From: Candidatus Uhrbacteria bacterium
GTDB lineage: Bacteria; Patescibacteriota; Patescibacteriia; UBA9934; GWF2-40-263
Assembly (NCBI GenBank): GCA_016188475.1
Contig: JACPHT010000008.1
Location: 34,489 to 98,488, forward strand
Length of the DNA: 64,000 nucleotides
Direction: 5' to 3'
The translations under genes were made by a program, and so were the position numbers. Below, piece after piece: positions 17,234 to 26,418 of this stretch (positions are counted from its first letter, which is position 1; every line of letters begins with the position of its first letter). The notes below the pieces were generated by a model. It saw only the letters and a list, made by a program, of their open reading frames with translations, did no database searches and was not told the origin of the DNA.

Positions 17234-18250
17234 TTAAATATTTACTATCAAATCAATTATATCACCCGCGACATCCGTGCGTAAAACAGAACTAATTCGC
17301 GAAGAGTATTGTTCACGAGCTTGCGGATCATCTAACAATAGACGAATCTCGCTTAACAAAATTTCAGAGGTTGTATTTTCCTGATCTAAAATACGCGCGG
17401 AATCTCTCAACGCTTTCGCATTATCTTCTTGGAGAGAATTCGGCAGTGGAATTAAAATCGCTGGTTTACGCAAAGCGGAAAGTTCCGCTATCGTTCCCAT
17501 TCCAGCCCGCGCGACAATAAGATCAGCAACAGCATACGCGTCTGCCATTTCTTTTCCAAGCGATTCAACAACAACATAACCTGAAACAGATGTAAGTTCA
17601 CCGCGTTTCCTAAAACCAGTTATATGTAAAACATTAGCCTTTTGACAAAGTTGCGGAGCAATTTCAAAAATTTGTTCATTCAACCATTCTGCACCTGTGC
17701 CTCCTCCAAAAACCAAAACCGTTGGTTTATTTTTATCCAAATGAAAATATGCAATGGCTTTTTCTTTTGAACCATGCGACAAAGTATCGCGAACCGGAAC
17801 ACCAAATTGATCCCATGCAGAAATTACTTTCGAAACAAAAGGCGAAACTATTTTTGTTGACAAAAGAATTTTAACATCTGTTTGAAGCGTGATTGATTTA
17901 ACGCGAACCACCCAAGCCGCGAGTATCACTGGCACTTGCGTAAATCCACCAGCGCCAATCACGACATTTGGTCTTTCATTTGTAATCACTTTTACACTTG
18001 TAATCAAAGCTCGCAAAAACTGAATCGGAAGAAACAATAGTTCAATCGAAACATATCGCGGAAATCGCGCAACAGGAATTTGAAAAAAACGAATCGCATA
18101 TTCTTCTTCAACAAGTTTTCGCTCGGGACCACTTTGCGTTCCAATCCATACAAATTCAACACTCGCATCGCGTTTTCGCCATGCTTCAACAATCGCCAAA
18201 AGTGGTGTGACTGATCCAAGTGTTCCGCCGCCCGTGAGAAGAATAAGCAT
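17234..18250 (-). CDS. murG: Undecaprenyldiphospho-muramoylpentapeptide beta-N-acetylglucosaminyltransferase
   Basis: N-terminal LLTGGGTLGSVTPLLAI. GT28 architecture. Lies in the dcw cluster after ftsW. Confidence 0.8.
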   Translation of the reverse strand: MLILLTGGGTLGSVTPLLAIVEAWRKRDASVEFVWIGTQSGPERKLVEEEYAIRFFQIPVARFPRYVSIELLFLPIQFLRALITSVKVITNERPNVVIGAGGFTQVPVILAAWVVRVKSITLQTDVKILLSTKIVSPFVSKVISAWDQFGVPVRDTLSHGSKEKAIAYFHLDKNKPTVLVFGGGTGAEWLNEQIFEIAPQLCQKANVLHITGFRKRGELTSVSGYVVVESLGKEMADAYAVADLIVARAGMGTIAELSALRKPAILIPLPNSLQEDNAKALRDSARILDQENTTSEILLSEIRLLLDDPQAREQYSSRISSVLRTDVAGDIIDLIVNI

Positions 18251-18255
18251 AAAAT

Positions 18256-18368
18256 TATCAAGTCAATATAGTCGATTTGAAGTCAATTTAGTTGAGTTTC
18301 TTGACTCCTTGACTCCTTGACTTCATTGACTCATTTGACTTTATTGAATCACTTGACTTCATTGACTA
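18256..18368. repeat. TTGACT octamer array between ftsW stop and murG start. The minus strand reads GAGTCAAGGAGTCAAGGAGTCAAG, including AAGGAG.
   Basis: Seen directly. Confidence 0.6.
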
Positions 18369-19475
18369 TCCCCTACTATTCCTACTTATATTCAACACAA
18401 CTCCTATCGCGGCCATAGAAATAGCCAAAGATGTTCCTCCGTAACTTATAAACGGCAACGGCACGCCAGTCATTGGCATAAGCGCAACCATTGAACCGAT
18501 ATTCACAAATGCTTGAAGCGTAACCCACGAAGCAACACCAACCACAAAATATTTCGAAAACTTATCAGGCGCGTGCGATGCAATATGCAGTAAACGCCAA
18601 AATAAAACAAGAAACAACAAGACAACCAAAAGCGAAACAACGAAGCCGAGTTCCTCTCCAATAATCGCAAAAATTGAATCAGCCGAAACCTCAGGAAGAT
18701 ATTGAAATTTTTGTCGCGAGTGTCCGTAGCCTAGTCCAAAAAACCCGCCTGAACCGATCGCGAGCAAAGCTTGGTTAATGTGATATCCGATTCCCTGCGG
18801 GTCAAGTTCTGGATTCAAAAATGTTGTAAAACGAGCCGCTCGATATGGAGCGGCTTTAATCATGATTGCCAAACCAGCTATTCCTGCAGATATCAAACCA
18901 GCAACATAAACAACCGGAGCGCCTGCAATAAAATAAACAACCAATGCCATTGCCGTGATAACAGCCAAAGTTCCAACATCGGGTTGCAAAAGCATAAGTA
19001 TCATGATAGTTCCGAGTACTCCGATGAATGGCAAAAAACCAGAATGCATATCACGCACACCGCGTTCGTCTCGCTGTCCAAGCCAAGCGGCCAAGTAAAA
19101 CAAAAAAGTTAGTTTGACGATCTCTGACGGCTGAACTGAAAAATATCCTCCAACTGAAATCCAACTGTGAGCAGTCCCTATCCCAGCGGAAATTCCTGGA
19201 ATAAAAACAAGAACAAGTAAAATGATAGATAAAATTAAAAGATTCCACGCGTGCTTTTGCCAAAAAGTATAATTAATTCTTGCGAAAAAAACCATTGCGG
19301 CAATTCCCGGAATCAAACCGAAAATAATTTGATGTTTTATAAAATAATAACTGTCACCGAATTGTTCGTAACCGCTTGGCGCTGACGCTGATAACAACAT
19401 TATCAAACCGAAAATAATGATCGCTAAAACGATTCCAAAAAGAACGTAATCAATTGAGCCAGTGGAAGATCGCAT
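18366..19475 (-). CDS. ftsW: SEDS family peptidoglycan polymerase FtsW/RodA
   Basis: About 10 TM with conserved periplasmic loop. Position in the dcw cluster. Confidence 0.8.
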   Translation of the reverse strand: MRSSTGSIDYVLFGIVLAIIIFGLIMLLSASAPSGYEQFGDSYYFIKHQIIFGLIPGIAAMVFFARINYTFWQKHAWNLLILSIILLVLVFIPGISAGIGTAHSWISVGGYFSVQPSEIVKLTFLFYLAAWLGQRDERGVRDMHSGFLPFIGVLGTIMILMLLQPDVGTLAVITAMALVVYFIAGAPVVYVAGLISAGIAGLAIMIKAAPYRAARFTTFLNPELDPQGIGYHINQALLAIGSGGFFGLGYGHSRQKFQYLPEVSADSIFAIIGEELGFVVSLLVVLLFLVLFWRLLHIASHAPDKFSKYFVVGVASWVTLQAFVNIGSMVALMPMTGVPLPFISYGGTSLAISMAAIGVVLNISRNSRG

Positions 19476-19478
19476 GGT

Positions 19479-20534
19479 TTATAATAGTGCGTCCAAAAGT
19501 GCGAGTGAAACTCCAATCGCCGCAGTAACCATTGAAACAACCCAAAGACGCATGACAATTTGAGGTTCAGGCCAACCAACAGCTTCAAGATGATGATGGA
19601 ACGGCGAGGATTGAAATAGTTTTTTCTTGAAGATTTTTCTCCAACTGACTTGAATCAAAACCGACAATGATTCAATCAAAAAAACAAATCCAATAACAGG
19701 AAGAAGAAGAGCGGCGTTTGTGAGCATTGCGACAATTCCAAGTGTAACTCCAAGCGACATTGCTCCAGTGTCACCCATGAAAAATTTTGCTGGATGAATA
19801 TTGAACCACAAAAATGCGAGCAGAGCGCCAAGAATCACTCCACAAAAAACAGCAAGATCATATTTGCCTTGAGCAAAAGCAATAATTGCAAATGCGCCAA
19901 ATGACATAAGAAGTGTTCCGCCTGCCAGACCATCAAGTCCATCTGTCTCATTAACTGAAAAAGACGTTGCTACAATTACAAAAATAAAAAATGGAATATA
20001 CCAAAGTCCGATGTTAAAATCTCCGAAAAACGGAATGTGCAACAAATCCCAATCAAGTTTGTAACTAAACCACCATGCGCCAATCACGGCAATCGCAGTA
20101 TAGATAAACAACCGATGTCTCATTCGCAAACCACCGCCTTTGGGACCAATTCCTCGAGCATTGAAATAGTCATCGACAAAACCAACAATCGCTGAGGCTA
20201 CAAGCGCGCCAAGTGGTAGAAGAGTCTGAGAACGTGACAAAAAGTTTAGTCGAGCAAACATTGAATCAACAGGTAGATATGGAACTATGGCTGACAAAAA
20301 TACGGCGAGAAACAAAACCGTCACCCAAATTAGTATTCCACCCATTGTAGGTGTTCCCTGTTTTTTCGCATGAAGTTTTGCAAACACAGGAGCATCTGCA
20401 ACAGGACGAATTGCTTTTGCGACTTTCCATTTGTTTAGAACGCGTGTTAACACTGGTGCCCAAATAAATGCAACAACGAACGCAAGAGATGACAGAAGTA
20501 AAACACGAACGATTTCAAAGGATTCGAGGGGCAT
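19479..20534 (-). CDS. mraY: Phospho-N-acetylmuramoyl-pentapeptide transferase
   Basis: Motifs DDxxD-like (VDDYFNARG), MGDTGAMSLG and HHHLE. Confidence 0.85.
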   Translation of the reverse strand: MPLESFEIVRVLLLSSLAFVVAFIWAPVLTRVLNKWKVAKAIRPVADAPVFAKLHAKKQGTPTMGGILIWVTVLFLAVFLSAIVPYLPVDSMFARLNFLSRSQTLLPLGALVASAIVGFVDDYFNARGIGPKGGGLRMRHRLFIYTAIAVIGAWWFSYKLDWDLLHIPFFGDFNIGLWYIPFFIFVIVATSFSVNETDGLDGLAGGTLLMSFGAFAIIAFAQGKYDLAVFCGVILGALLAFLWFNIHPAKFFMGDTGAMSLGVTLGIVAMLTNAALLLPVIGFVFLIESLSVLIQVSWRKIFKKKLFQSSPFHHHLEAVGWPEPQIVMRLWVVSMVTAAIGVSLALLDALL

Positions 20535-20545
20535 ATAGTTTCACT

Positions 20546-20944
20546 TCATATGTTAAGTAAGATAATGAGAAGCATTGCGATCAAAAAAATCAACTCAAGT
20601 ACAACAGTGCTAACTGAAAAAAAACGCGTGAGTAGTTTTTCACGAGACGCAAAGTGAACTTGAATCGAGACGTTGATAATCAAAAAAAGAAAACCCAAAA
20701 CCGGTAAAACAAAAATCGCGTACCACGGACCAAACCTGTCAACACCAAAATAAACGTTATAATGAAGAGGAATGAAAGGTTTTGAGAAAGCGATCGGAAC
20801 AATTCTCCAAATCGGCAAAACAAGTGTAAACGCAAATAACAAAATCGACATCAATGACGTCCATCTAAAAAAAGAATTTTGTTTTAGAAGTTCGCAAAAC
20901 GATTTCAAAAATTGTTTTGCGCGAATAAATGTTCTAGACTTCAC
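20546..20944 (-). CDS. Small membrane protein (4 TM), hypothetical
   Basis: Hydrophobic profile only. Confidence 0.4.
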   Translation of the reverse strand: MKSRTFIRAKQFLKSFCELLKQNSFFRWTSLMSILLFAFTLVLPIWRIVPIAFSKPFIPLHYNVYFGVDRFGPWYAIFVLPVLGFLFLIINVSIQVHFASREKLLTRFFSVSTVVLELIFLIAMLLIILLNI

Positions 20945-20956
20945 ATCATGTTTGGT

Positions 20957-21190
20957 TTATTCAACAACGACTTTTTTAACTTCCGATATCGCTTCTTTTA
21001 ATGTTGATTCAATTCCTGTTTTAAGAGTTATTTGCAACATCGGACAATCAACACACGCGCCTTGCATACGAACATGGACAACTCCGGTTTCGTGATCAAA
21101 CTTCATAAATTCGATTCCACCACCATCTGACCGTAAAGCTGGACGAATCTGCCGCAACACTTCTTCAATTTGTTGTTCGATTGAAACCAT
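20957..21190 (-). CDS. NifU/Nfu-like Fe-S scaffold domain protein
   Basis: GGGIEF...GACVDCPM, the NifU C-terminal CxxC motif. Confidence 0.65.
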   Translation of the reverse strand: MVSIEQQIEEVLRQIRPALRSDGGGIEFMKFDHETGVVHVRMQGACVDCPMLQITLKTGIESTLKEAISEVKKVVVE

Positions 21191-21238
21191 AAATTGATTC
21201 TAACAAAAAAACACCTTTCTGAAAAGGTGTTTTTTAAT

Positions 21239-21517
21239 TTACTTTTGTTTAACATTCGCGAACGTTCGCTTTTTCAATGCTCCTCGAAAATCTTGCGCTT
21301 GTTTTTTTGTAAATGAAACAATACCGGAAACTGCGGCATAAAGTGTGTCATCCTTTCCCTTGCTAACATTTGTTCCTGGATGAATTTTTGTGCCTCGTTG
21401 TCGAACAATAATTTGACCGGCCAAAGCTGGTTCACCATCGGCGATTTTTACGCCAAGACGTTGTCCTTGTGAATCGCGGCCAAGATCGGTAGATCCGCCG
21501 GCTTTTTTGTGTGCCAT
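21239..21517 (-). CDS. rpmA: 50S ribosomal protein bL27
   Basis: [24 protein letters not shown]...[10 protein letters not shown]. Confidence 0.9.
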   Translation of the reverse strand: MAHKKAGGSTDLGRDSQGQRLGVKIADGEPALAGQIIVRQRGTKIHPGTNVSKGKDDTLYAAVSGIVSFTKKQAQDFRGALKKRTFANVKQK

Positions 21518-21635
21518 ATGATTATAAACAAGAAGTTAGAAGAAAGAAGTCGAAGAAGTTGGAGAGGCTGAAGAAGTTAATTCCTTAGATGGCAAAAAGG
21601 TACATGTATTGAGAAAAATAGTCAAGAGAATTAAA

Positions 21636-21860
21636 GTGCGCCGGCCAAGTAGTTTTGGTCGGCGCATAGAAGAGGGAACAAGAGGCGCACGGGGAGTCGC
21701 CTCTCAAGGACAACCGGCCGTCCGAAGGAATAACGGCCGACTTCCTTCAAAGTCCGATTCCACAGACAAGGGAGGGATAACTCCGCATCTGTGGAATCGG
21801 TGGAAAGGAGTGCGCACCCGAACACGGTCCGATCGTCCGGGCGTGTCGCATAAACAACAT
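21636..21860. ncRNA. GC-rich structured element of unknown identity. Includes a 12-bp perfect stem ccgattccacag/ctgtggaatcgg with a 22-nt loop and several 6-7-bp stems.
   Basis: Seen directly. Weak, non-diagnostic resemblance to RNase P CR-I (AAAGUCCG) and CR-II (GGUGGAAAGGAGUGCGCACC), with spacing far too short for a canonical RNase P RNA. The ORFs here are implausible. Confidence 0.3.
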
Positions 21861-21948
21861 CTCAAATAAATATAGATCCTGTCAAGTTTTTGATATAAAT
21901 AAATAAATTAAAACACCGGCCAAAGATATGGCCGGCACGTTGAACCTC

Positions 21949-22440
21949 TTAGGGGCAACCTACTGCCTGACGGCCCTCATAGGAGAGAGCCTTGCAATCA
22001 ATCTGCTGTGAGTGTCCGCTTTGAGCGGACGTGGAAGAATTAGGTTGTGAAATTTGCACAGGCGTTCTTCCGCTATGCTGTGCTTGAGCGGCTACGGAGG
22101 CGTGGCTCGCATCGAACCTTGGAAACCACATCAGGATCAAAAGAACCAGTGCCGCTCCAGTTATGGCCCACGGTTGCCAACCGTGCGCGAACCGACGAAA
22201 CGCCATTGTGACTGCCATTACAATTCCGAATGTCGCGAAGATCCCGGTGAGCGCGCCATGGTCGGCGCCGAAGTGCCCTTTGATCGGACCATTGATCATG
22301 GTCCAACAGAGCGAAATGACGAACAGCACGCTGATCACCTTCCAGTGAATTCTCCATCCGCTTCGGAAGATCCAGTGTCCAAGAGCGAACAGACCAACCG
22401 ACGCAAACGCAAGCACAACTGTATCCAGTACCGCGTTCAT
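21949..22440 (-). CDS. GC-rich 4-TM membrane protein, hypothetical
   Basis: Hydrophobic profile. GC-rich unlike neighbours. Confidence 0.45.
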   Translation of the reverse strand: MNAVLDTVVLAFASVGLFALGHWIFRSGWRIHWKVISVLFVISLCWTMINGPIKGHFGADHGALTGIFATFGIVMAVTMAFRRFAHGWQPWAITGAALVLLILMWFPRFDASHASVAAQAQHSGRTPVQISQPNSSTSAQSGHSQQIDCKALSYEGRQAVGCP

Positions 22441-22586
22441 GCGAATTCTCCTTAGCCAATGGTCGGCCTGTAATTTGTTGAATATCTAACTACCCGTCAA
22501 TAATCTACCACAAAAACGCGGTTTTGTCAACCGTCACTTAGTGACGCGGTTCTCAAAACTAACGGCTAATGGCTAGCGGCTAATAG

Positions 22587-24236
22587 CTATTTCCTCATCG
22601 CCGCCTTCACAAATCCAACAAACAATGGGTGTGGATTCATCGGGCGTGATTGAAACTCCGGGTGAAACTGGACACCAACAAAAAATGGATGATTTTTGAG
22701 CTCAATTATTTCTACCAAATCTTGATCTGGATTCACACCAGAAACAACCAACCCTGCCTTTTGTAATCTTGCGCGATACTCATTATTAAACTCATAACGA
22801 TGACGATGTCGTTCTTCAATCAACGCATTGCCATAAGCTTTCCGAGCAACAGTTCCTGCCGCAAGTTTGCATTCATACGCTCCCAGTCTCAAAGTCCCTC
22901 CATAACTTTTATCTTTCACAAGCTCTTCTTGTCCTGGTAGAAGATGAATCACTGGATGTTGAGTTTTCTCATTTATTTCTGTTGTGTTCGCGTCTTTGAG
23001 CTTTGCAACATTTCGCGCGAACTCAATCACAGCGCACTGCATTCCATAACACAAACCAAGATATGGAATCTTTTTCTCACGACAATATCTTATCGCGCTT
23101 ATTTTCCCTTCAACTCCTCTTGAACCGAATCCGCCAGGAATCACAATTCCATCCATTTGCGAAAGTTCTTTTAATTTTGACGGAGACTTCTCGTATTCTT
23201 CCGAATTCAGCCACACGAGTTTTGGTTTTTTTCCTTGCGCCCATGACGCGTGTTTGATCGCTTCGATCACTGAAAGATAAGCGTCCGATAAAGTAAAGTC
23301 TCCAGTGCTGAAATACTTTCCAACAACTCCGATCTTTACCTCACTTTTTGCGTTTTCAATCCTTCCAACCATTTGTTTCCATTTGCTCAATCCTGTTTTT
23401 TGACGAGGCTCCACGCCAAACGACCACAAAATTTTCTCACCAAATTTTTGCTCTTCAAACAAAAGTGGAACTTTGTAAATTGAATCAACATCGGGCGAAC
23501 CAATCACATGATCAGCGTGCACATTGCTAAACATCGCCAATTTTTCAATTCGCGGTTTATCAATATGAAGAGCTGAACGAGCAACAACAAAATCCGGTGT
23601 AAGCCCGGCTCCCATCATCATACGCACTGCTTGTTGTGTTGGTTTTGTTTTCATTTCACCGACTGCGGCTGGAACAGGCATGTAACTTACCAAAATACTT
23701 CGAACTTGGTCAGGATATTTCATGCGCATCAAACGCGCGGCTTCCAAAAACAAGATGTTCTCGTATTCGCCCACTGTTCCGCCAACTTCAATCAAAACAA
23801 AATCAGCTTCCGCGTGGTGTGCGGCGCGTTCAATACGATCAATCACTTCATTTGGAACATGAGGCACAACTTGGACTGTTTTTCCTTCATATTCTAAATT
23901 TCGTTCGCGCTGAATCACTGACTGATACACTCGCCCTGTTGTCATGTAATTCACAGAAAGAATGTTGGCATCCAAAAAACGTTCGTAGTTTCCGATGTCT
24001 TGATCAGTCTCATCTCCATCAACTGTTACAAAAACTTCACCATGCTCAACAGGATTCATTGTTCCAGCGTCAACGTTGATGTATGGATCAATTTTAATAG
24101 CCGTCACTTTGAAACCTTTGCTTATAAGCACGCGTCCAAGCGCGGCCGTAACTGTCCCCTTCCCAACGCCGGACATAACACCGCCAACAACAAAGATATA
24201 TTTGTGTGACATAATAAAAAGTAAAAACGGAGACAA
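22587..24236 (-). CDS. pyrG: CTP synthase (likely start MSHKYIF at 24209)
   Basis: N-terminal FVVGGVMSGVGKG. C-terminal glutamine amidotransferase with GLCYGMQ and HPEF. Confidence 0.9.
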   Translation of the reverse strand: MSPFLLFIMSHKYIFVVGGVMSGVGKGTVTAALGRVLISKGFKVTAIKIDPYINVDAGTMNPVEHGEVFVTVDGDETDQDIGNYERFLDANILSVNYMTTGRVYQSVIQRERNLEYEGKTVQVVPHVPNEVIDRIERAAHHAEADFVLIEVGGTVGEYENILFLEAARLMRMKYPDQVRSILVSYMPVPAAVGEMKTKPTQQAVRMMMGAGLTPDFVVARSALHIDKPRIEKLAMFSNVHADHVIGSPDVDSIYKVPLLFEEQKFGEKILWSFGVEPRQKTGLSKWKQMVGRIENAKSEVKIGVVGKYFSTGDFTLSDAYLSVIEAIKHASWAQGKKPKLVWLNSEEYEKSPSKLKELSQMDGIVIPGGFGSRGVEGKISAIRYCREKKIPYLGLCYGMQCAVIEFARNVAKLKDANTTEINEKTQHPVIHLLPGQEELVKDKSYGGTLRLGAYECKLAAGTVARKAYGNALIEERHRHRYEFNNEYRARLQKAGLVVSGVNPDQDLVEIIELKNHPFFVGVQFHPEFQSRPMNPHPLFVGFVKAAMRK

Positions 24237-24247
24237 TGCTCTGTTAT

Positions 24248-24694
24248 TTATTTTCCTTCGACAATGAGTTTTATTTCAGCCTCAAAACCGTGAAGCAAAA
24301 CAACTTTTACCATAACTTCCCCGGGCTCTTTTATTGGATGATCAATTTTAATCATTGACTTATCAATTTGTTTAAAACCTTCCTTTTTTAATGCGCTCGC
24401 GATTTGTTGATCTGTCACAGCTCCATAAAACGTTCCTCGCTCATTAACCTTTTGTTCAAAGATCAATTCATATCCATCCAACTGTTGAGCGAGTTCGCCA
24501 TAAAAAGAAAGCTCTTTGTTGGCTTCTTTTTTCTTTGCCTCTTCTCGCTCTTTCATTTTTTTAAGCGCTTCAGCGGTTGCGGCAATCGCAAGATTTTGTG
24601 GAAAAAGAAAATTGCGAGCGTGTCCGTCTAACACCTCAATAACAGCACCTTCTTTTCCAACAGTTTTTACATCAGTAAGTAGGATAACTTTCAT
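24248..24694 (-). CDS. rplI: 50S ribosomal protein bL9
   Basis: [21 protein letters not shown]... Confidence 0.85.
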   Translation of the reverse strand: MKVILLTDVKTVGKEGAVIEVLDGHARNFLFPQNLAIAATAEALKKMKEREEAKKKEANKELSFYGELAQQLDGYELIFEQKVNERGTFYGAVTDQQIASALKKEGFKQIDKSMIKIDHPIKEPGEVMVKVVLLHGFEAEIKLIVEGK

Positions 24695-24748
24695 ACGGAA
24701 AAAGTATATCATAAAACGGCTGGTGAAGCCGTTTTATGTGTCAAGTAT

Positions 24749-24961
24749 TTACGCTTTGCACTTATTGCACTTTTTGCTGAAGAGCAGGACAAGCGCGGAC
24801 AGACCGACTAGGATGTAGACCAATCGAACTAGCCATCCCCATGAGCCGAATATGACTTCGACCAAATTCCAGTCGAAAAGCCCGACCAGTCCCCAGTTAA
24901 TGCCACCAACCCAAAGTAGCCACCAAGCAACGCAATGCACGCCGCATTTTCCGCTAGACAT
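24749..24961 (-). CDS. DUF378-like small membrane protein
   Basis: Two TM with a W/G-rich pattern. Confidence 0.4.
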   Translation of the reverse strand: MSSGKCGVHCVAWWLLWVGGINWGLVGLFDWNLVEVIFGSWGWLVRLVYILVGLSALVLLFSKKCNKCKA

Positions 24962-25091
24962 AAAAGTATTAATTAGATATTTAGAATTATTGATATTATT
25001 TTATCATTTTTGAAAATAAACAGCGAAACATTATCCACAACATCTGGATTTGTGATATTCTAAATTCTGTTGAGACCTATGCAAAACTCCC

Positions 25092-25171
25092 AATTATTGC
25101 CTGAGCCTGTCGAAGGCAGTAGATCAATTAGCCAAATTTTACCCATTCGACAAGCTCAGGGAATAAAATTT
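25092..25171. repeat. Complete palindromic copy of the ATTGCCTGAGC...GTCGAAGGC family
   Basis: Arms cctgagcctgtcgaagg / cattcgacaagctcagg. Confidence 0.75.
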
Positions 25172-25225
25172 GGCATTTAATTCGAGTTTTGCAGATGTCT
25201 CTGTTCAAACATTTCCGACCTTTTA

Positions 25226-25294
25226 TTGTCATCTCGAGCGAAGTCGAGAGATCTCTCCACTCCCCCGCATATTTGGGAAAAGGTTCTGGGTCGG
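25226..25294. repeat. TGTCAT-arm hairpin, related to 1338-1419
   Basis: Arms ttgtcatctcga / tcgagatgacaa. Internal perfect palindrome gagagatctctc. Confidence 0.6.
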
Positions 25295-25337
25295 TCGAGA
25301 TGACAAATCTTAACTTCTAACTTCTTGCTTCTACTCT

Positions 25338-26300
25338 ATGATGTCTGACGCAATCAAAAATTTTCCAAAACAATTTTCTTACAAACCGGTTATCGAGCTG
25401 ACAAAACGGCTTAAAAAATTTAGTCACTACTATGTGATCGGTATGGGTGGATCTCATCTTGCGGCTGATCTTGCTTTGATTTGGAATCCAAAACTTCCAC
25501 TGACTATTGTTTCAGATTATGGACTGCCATCGCGAGTTACAAAAAAAGATTTGGTTATCGCGAGCTCTTATTCTGGAAATACAGAAGAAATAATTGACGG
25601 TCTCAAAATTGCGTTAAAGAAAAAAATACCGGTTGTTGTGATCGCTATTGGTGGAAAACTCATCGCACTCTCAAAAAAACACAATCTCCCATATATCCAA
25701 CTTCCAAACACAGGGATCCAACCACGTTGTGCTCTTGGATTTAGTTTGCGCGCGCTCTTGAAAATAGTTCGAGACGAACGCGGATTGCGAGAAAGTGCAA
25801 AACTTACAAAAACACTTGTCGCAACCAAATACGAAAAAGCCGGCCAAACACTCGCATCAAAACTTACTGGAAAAGTTCCTGTCATATATTCATCACAAAA
25901 CAACCTCGCGATCGCGTATAATTGGAAAATCAAACTCAACGAAACTGGAAAAATTCCTGCTTTTTATAATGTACTGCCGGAACTCAACCACAATGAAATG
26001 AATGGATTTGATGTTCAACCAACAACCAAACAACTTTGCGATAAATTTCATTTTATATTTTTGAAAGATAAAAAAGATCATGCGCGCGTGCAAAAACGCA
26101 TGTCTATTCTTGAACAACTCTATCGACAGCGCGGTTTACCAGTAGAAATCGTTGAACTCCGAGGCAAAACAGCTTTTGAAAAAATGTTCTCTTCGCTTGT
26201 TTTGGCTGATTGGACAGCGGTTTATCTAGCAAAACACTATGGTTTGGAATCTGAACAAGTGCCAATGGTGGAAAAATTCAAGAAATTGATGAATTCATAA
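25338..26300 (+). CDS. Bifunctional phosphoglucose/phosphomannose isomerase (SIS domain, archaeal-type)
   Basis: VIGMGGSHLAADL. SIS fold. Size 320 aa. Confidence 0.65.
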   Translation: MMSDAIKNFPKQFSYKPVIELTKRLKKFSHYYVIGMGGSHLAADLALIWNPKLPLTIVSDYGLPSRVTKKDLVIASSYSGNTEEIIDGLKIALKKKIPVVVIAIGGKLIALSKKHNLPYIQLPNTGIQPRCALGFSLRALLKIVRDERGLRESAKLTKTLVATKYEKAGQTLASKLTGKVPVIYSSQNNLAIAYNWKIKLNETGKIPAFYNVLPELNHNEMNGFDVQPTTKQLCDKFHFIFLKDKKDHARVQKRMSILEQLYRQRGLPVEIVELRGKTAFEKMFSSLVLADWTAVYLAKHYGLESEQVPMVEKFKKLMNS

Positions 26301-26305
26301 AGGGG

Positions 26306-26334
26306 TTGACAAAAAAATCACCTATTGGTAATTT
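26306..26334 (+). promoter_or_regulatory. Sigma70-type promoter TTGACA-N17-TAATTT for the 26419 gene
   Basis: Consensus -35 hexamer with exact 17-nt spacing to the -10 box. SD aaaggaagg before ATG 26419. Confidence 0.55.
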
Positions 26335-26418
26335 CGGGTCGCAAGTCCGGAAATGCCGGACAAGTTTCTCAATTCCAGATCCCCATAGCGAGAGCGAGAG
26401 GGGGAAAGGAAGGTTCAC

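Noticed and set aside
21636-21860. Calling this element RNase P RNA
   Set aside because: Only two short conserved-region look-alikes, which are 50 nt apart instead of ~170. No recognisable P4 pairing partner found by eye. Left as an unassigned structured element.
21609-21869. Protein-coding ORFs (86 aa on +, 64 aa on -) in the GC-rich tract
   Set aside because: Arg/Gly-rich low-complexity translations typical of GC-rich non-coding sequence. The region is dominated by long stems.
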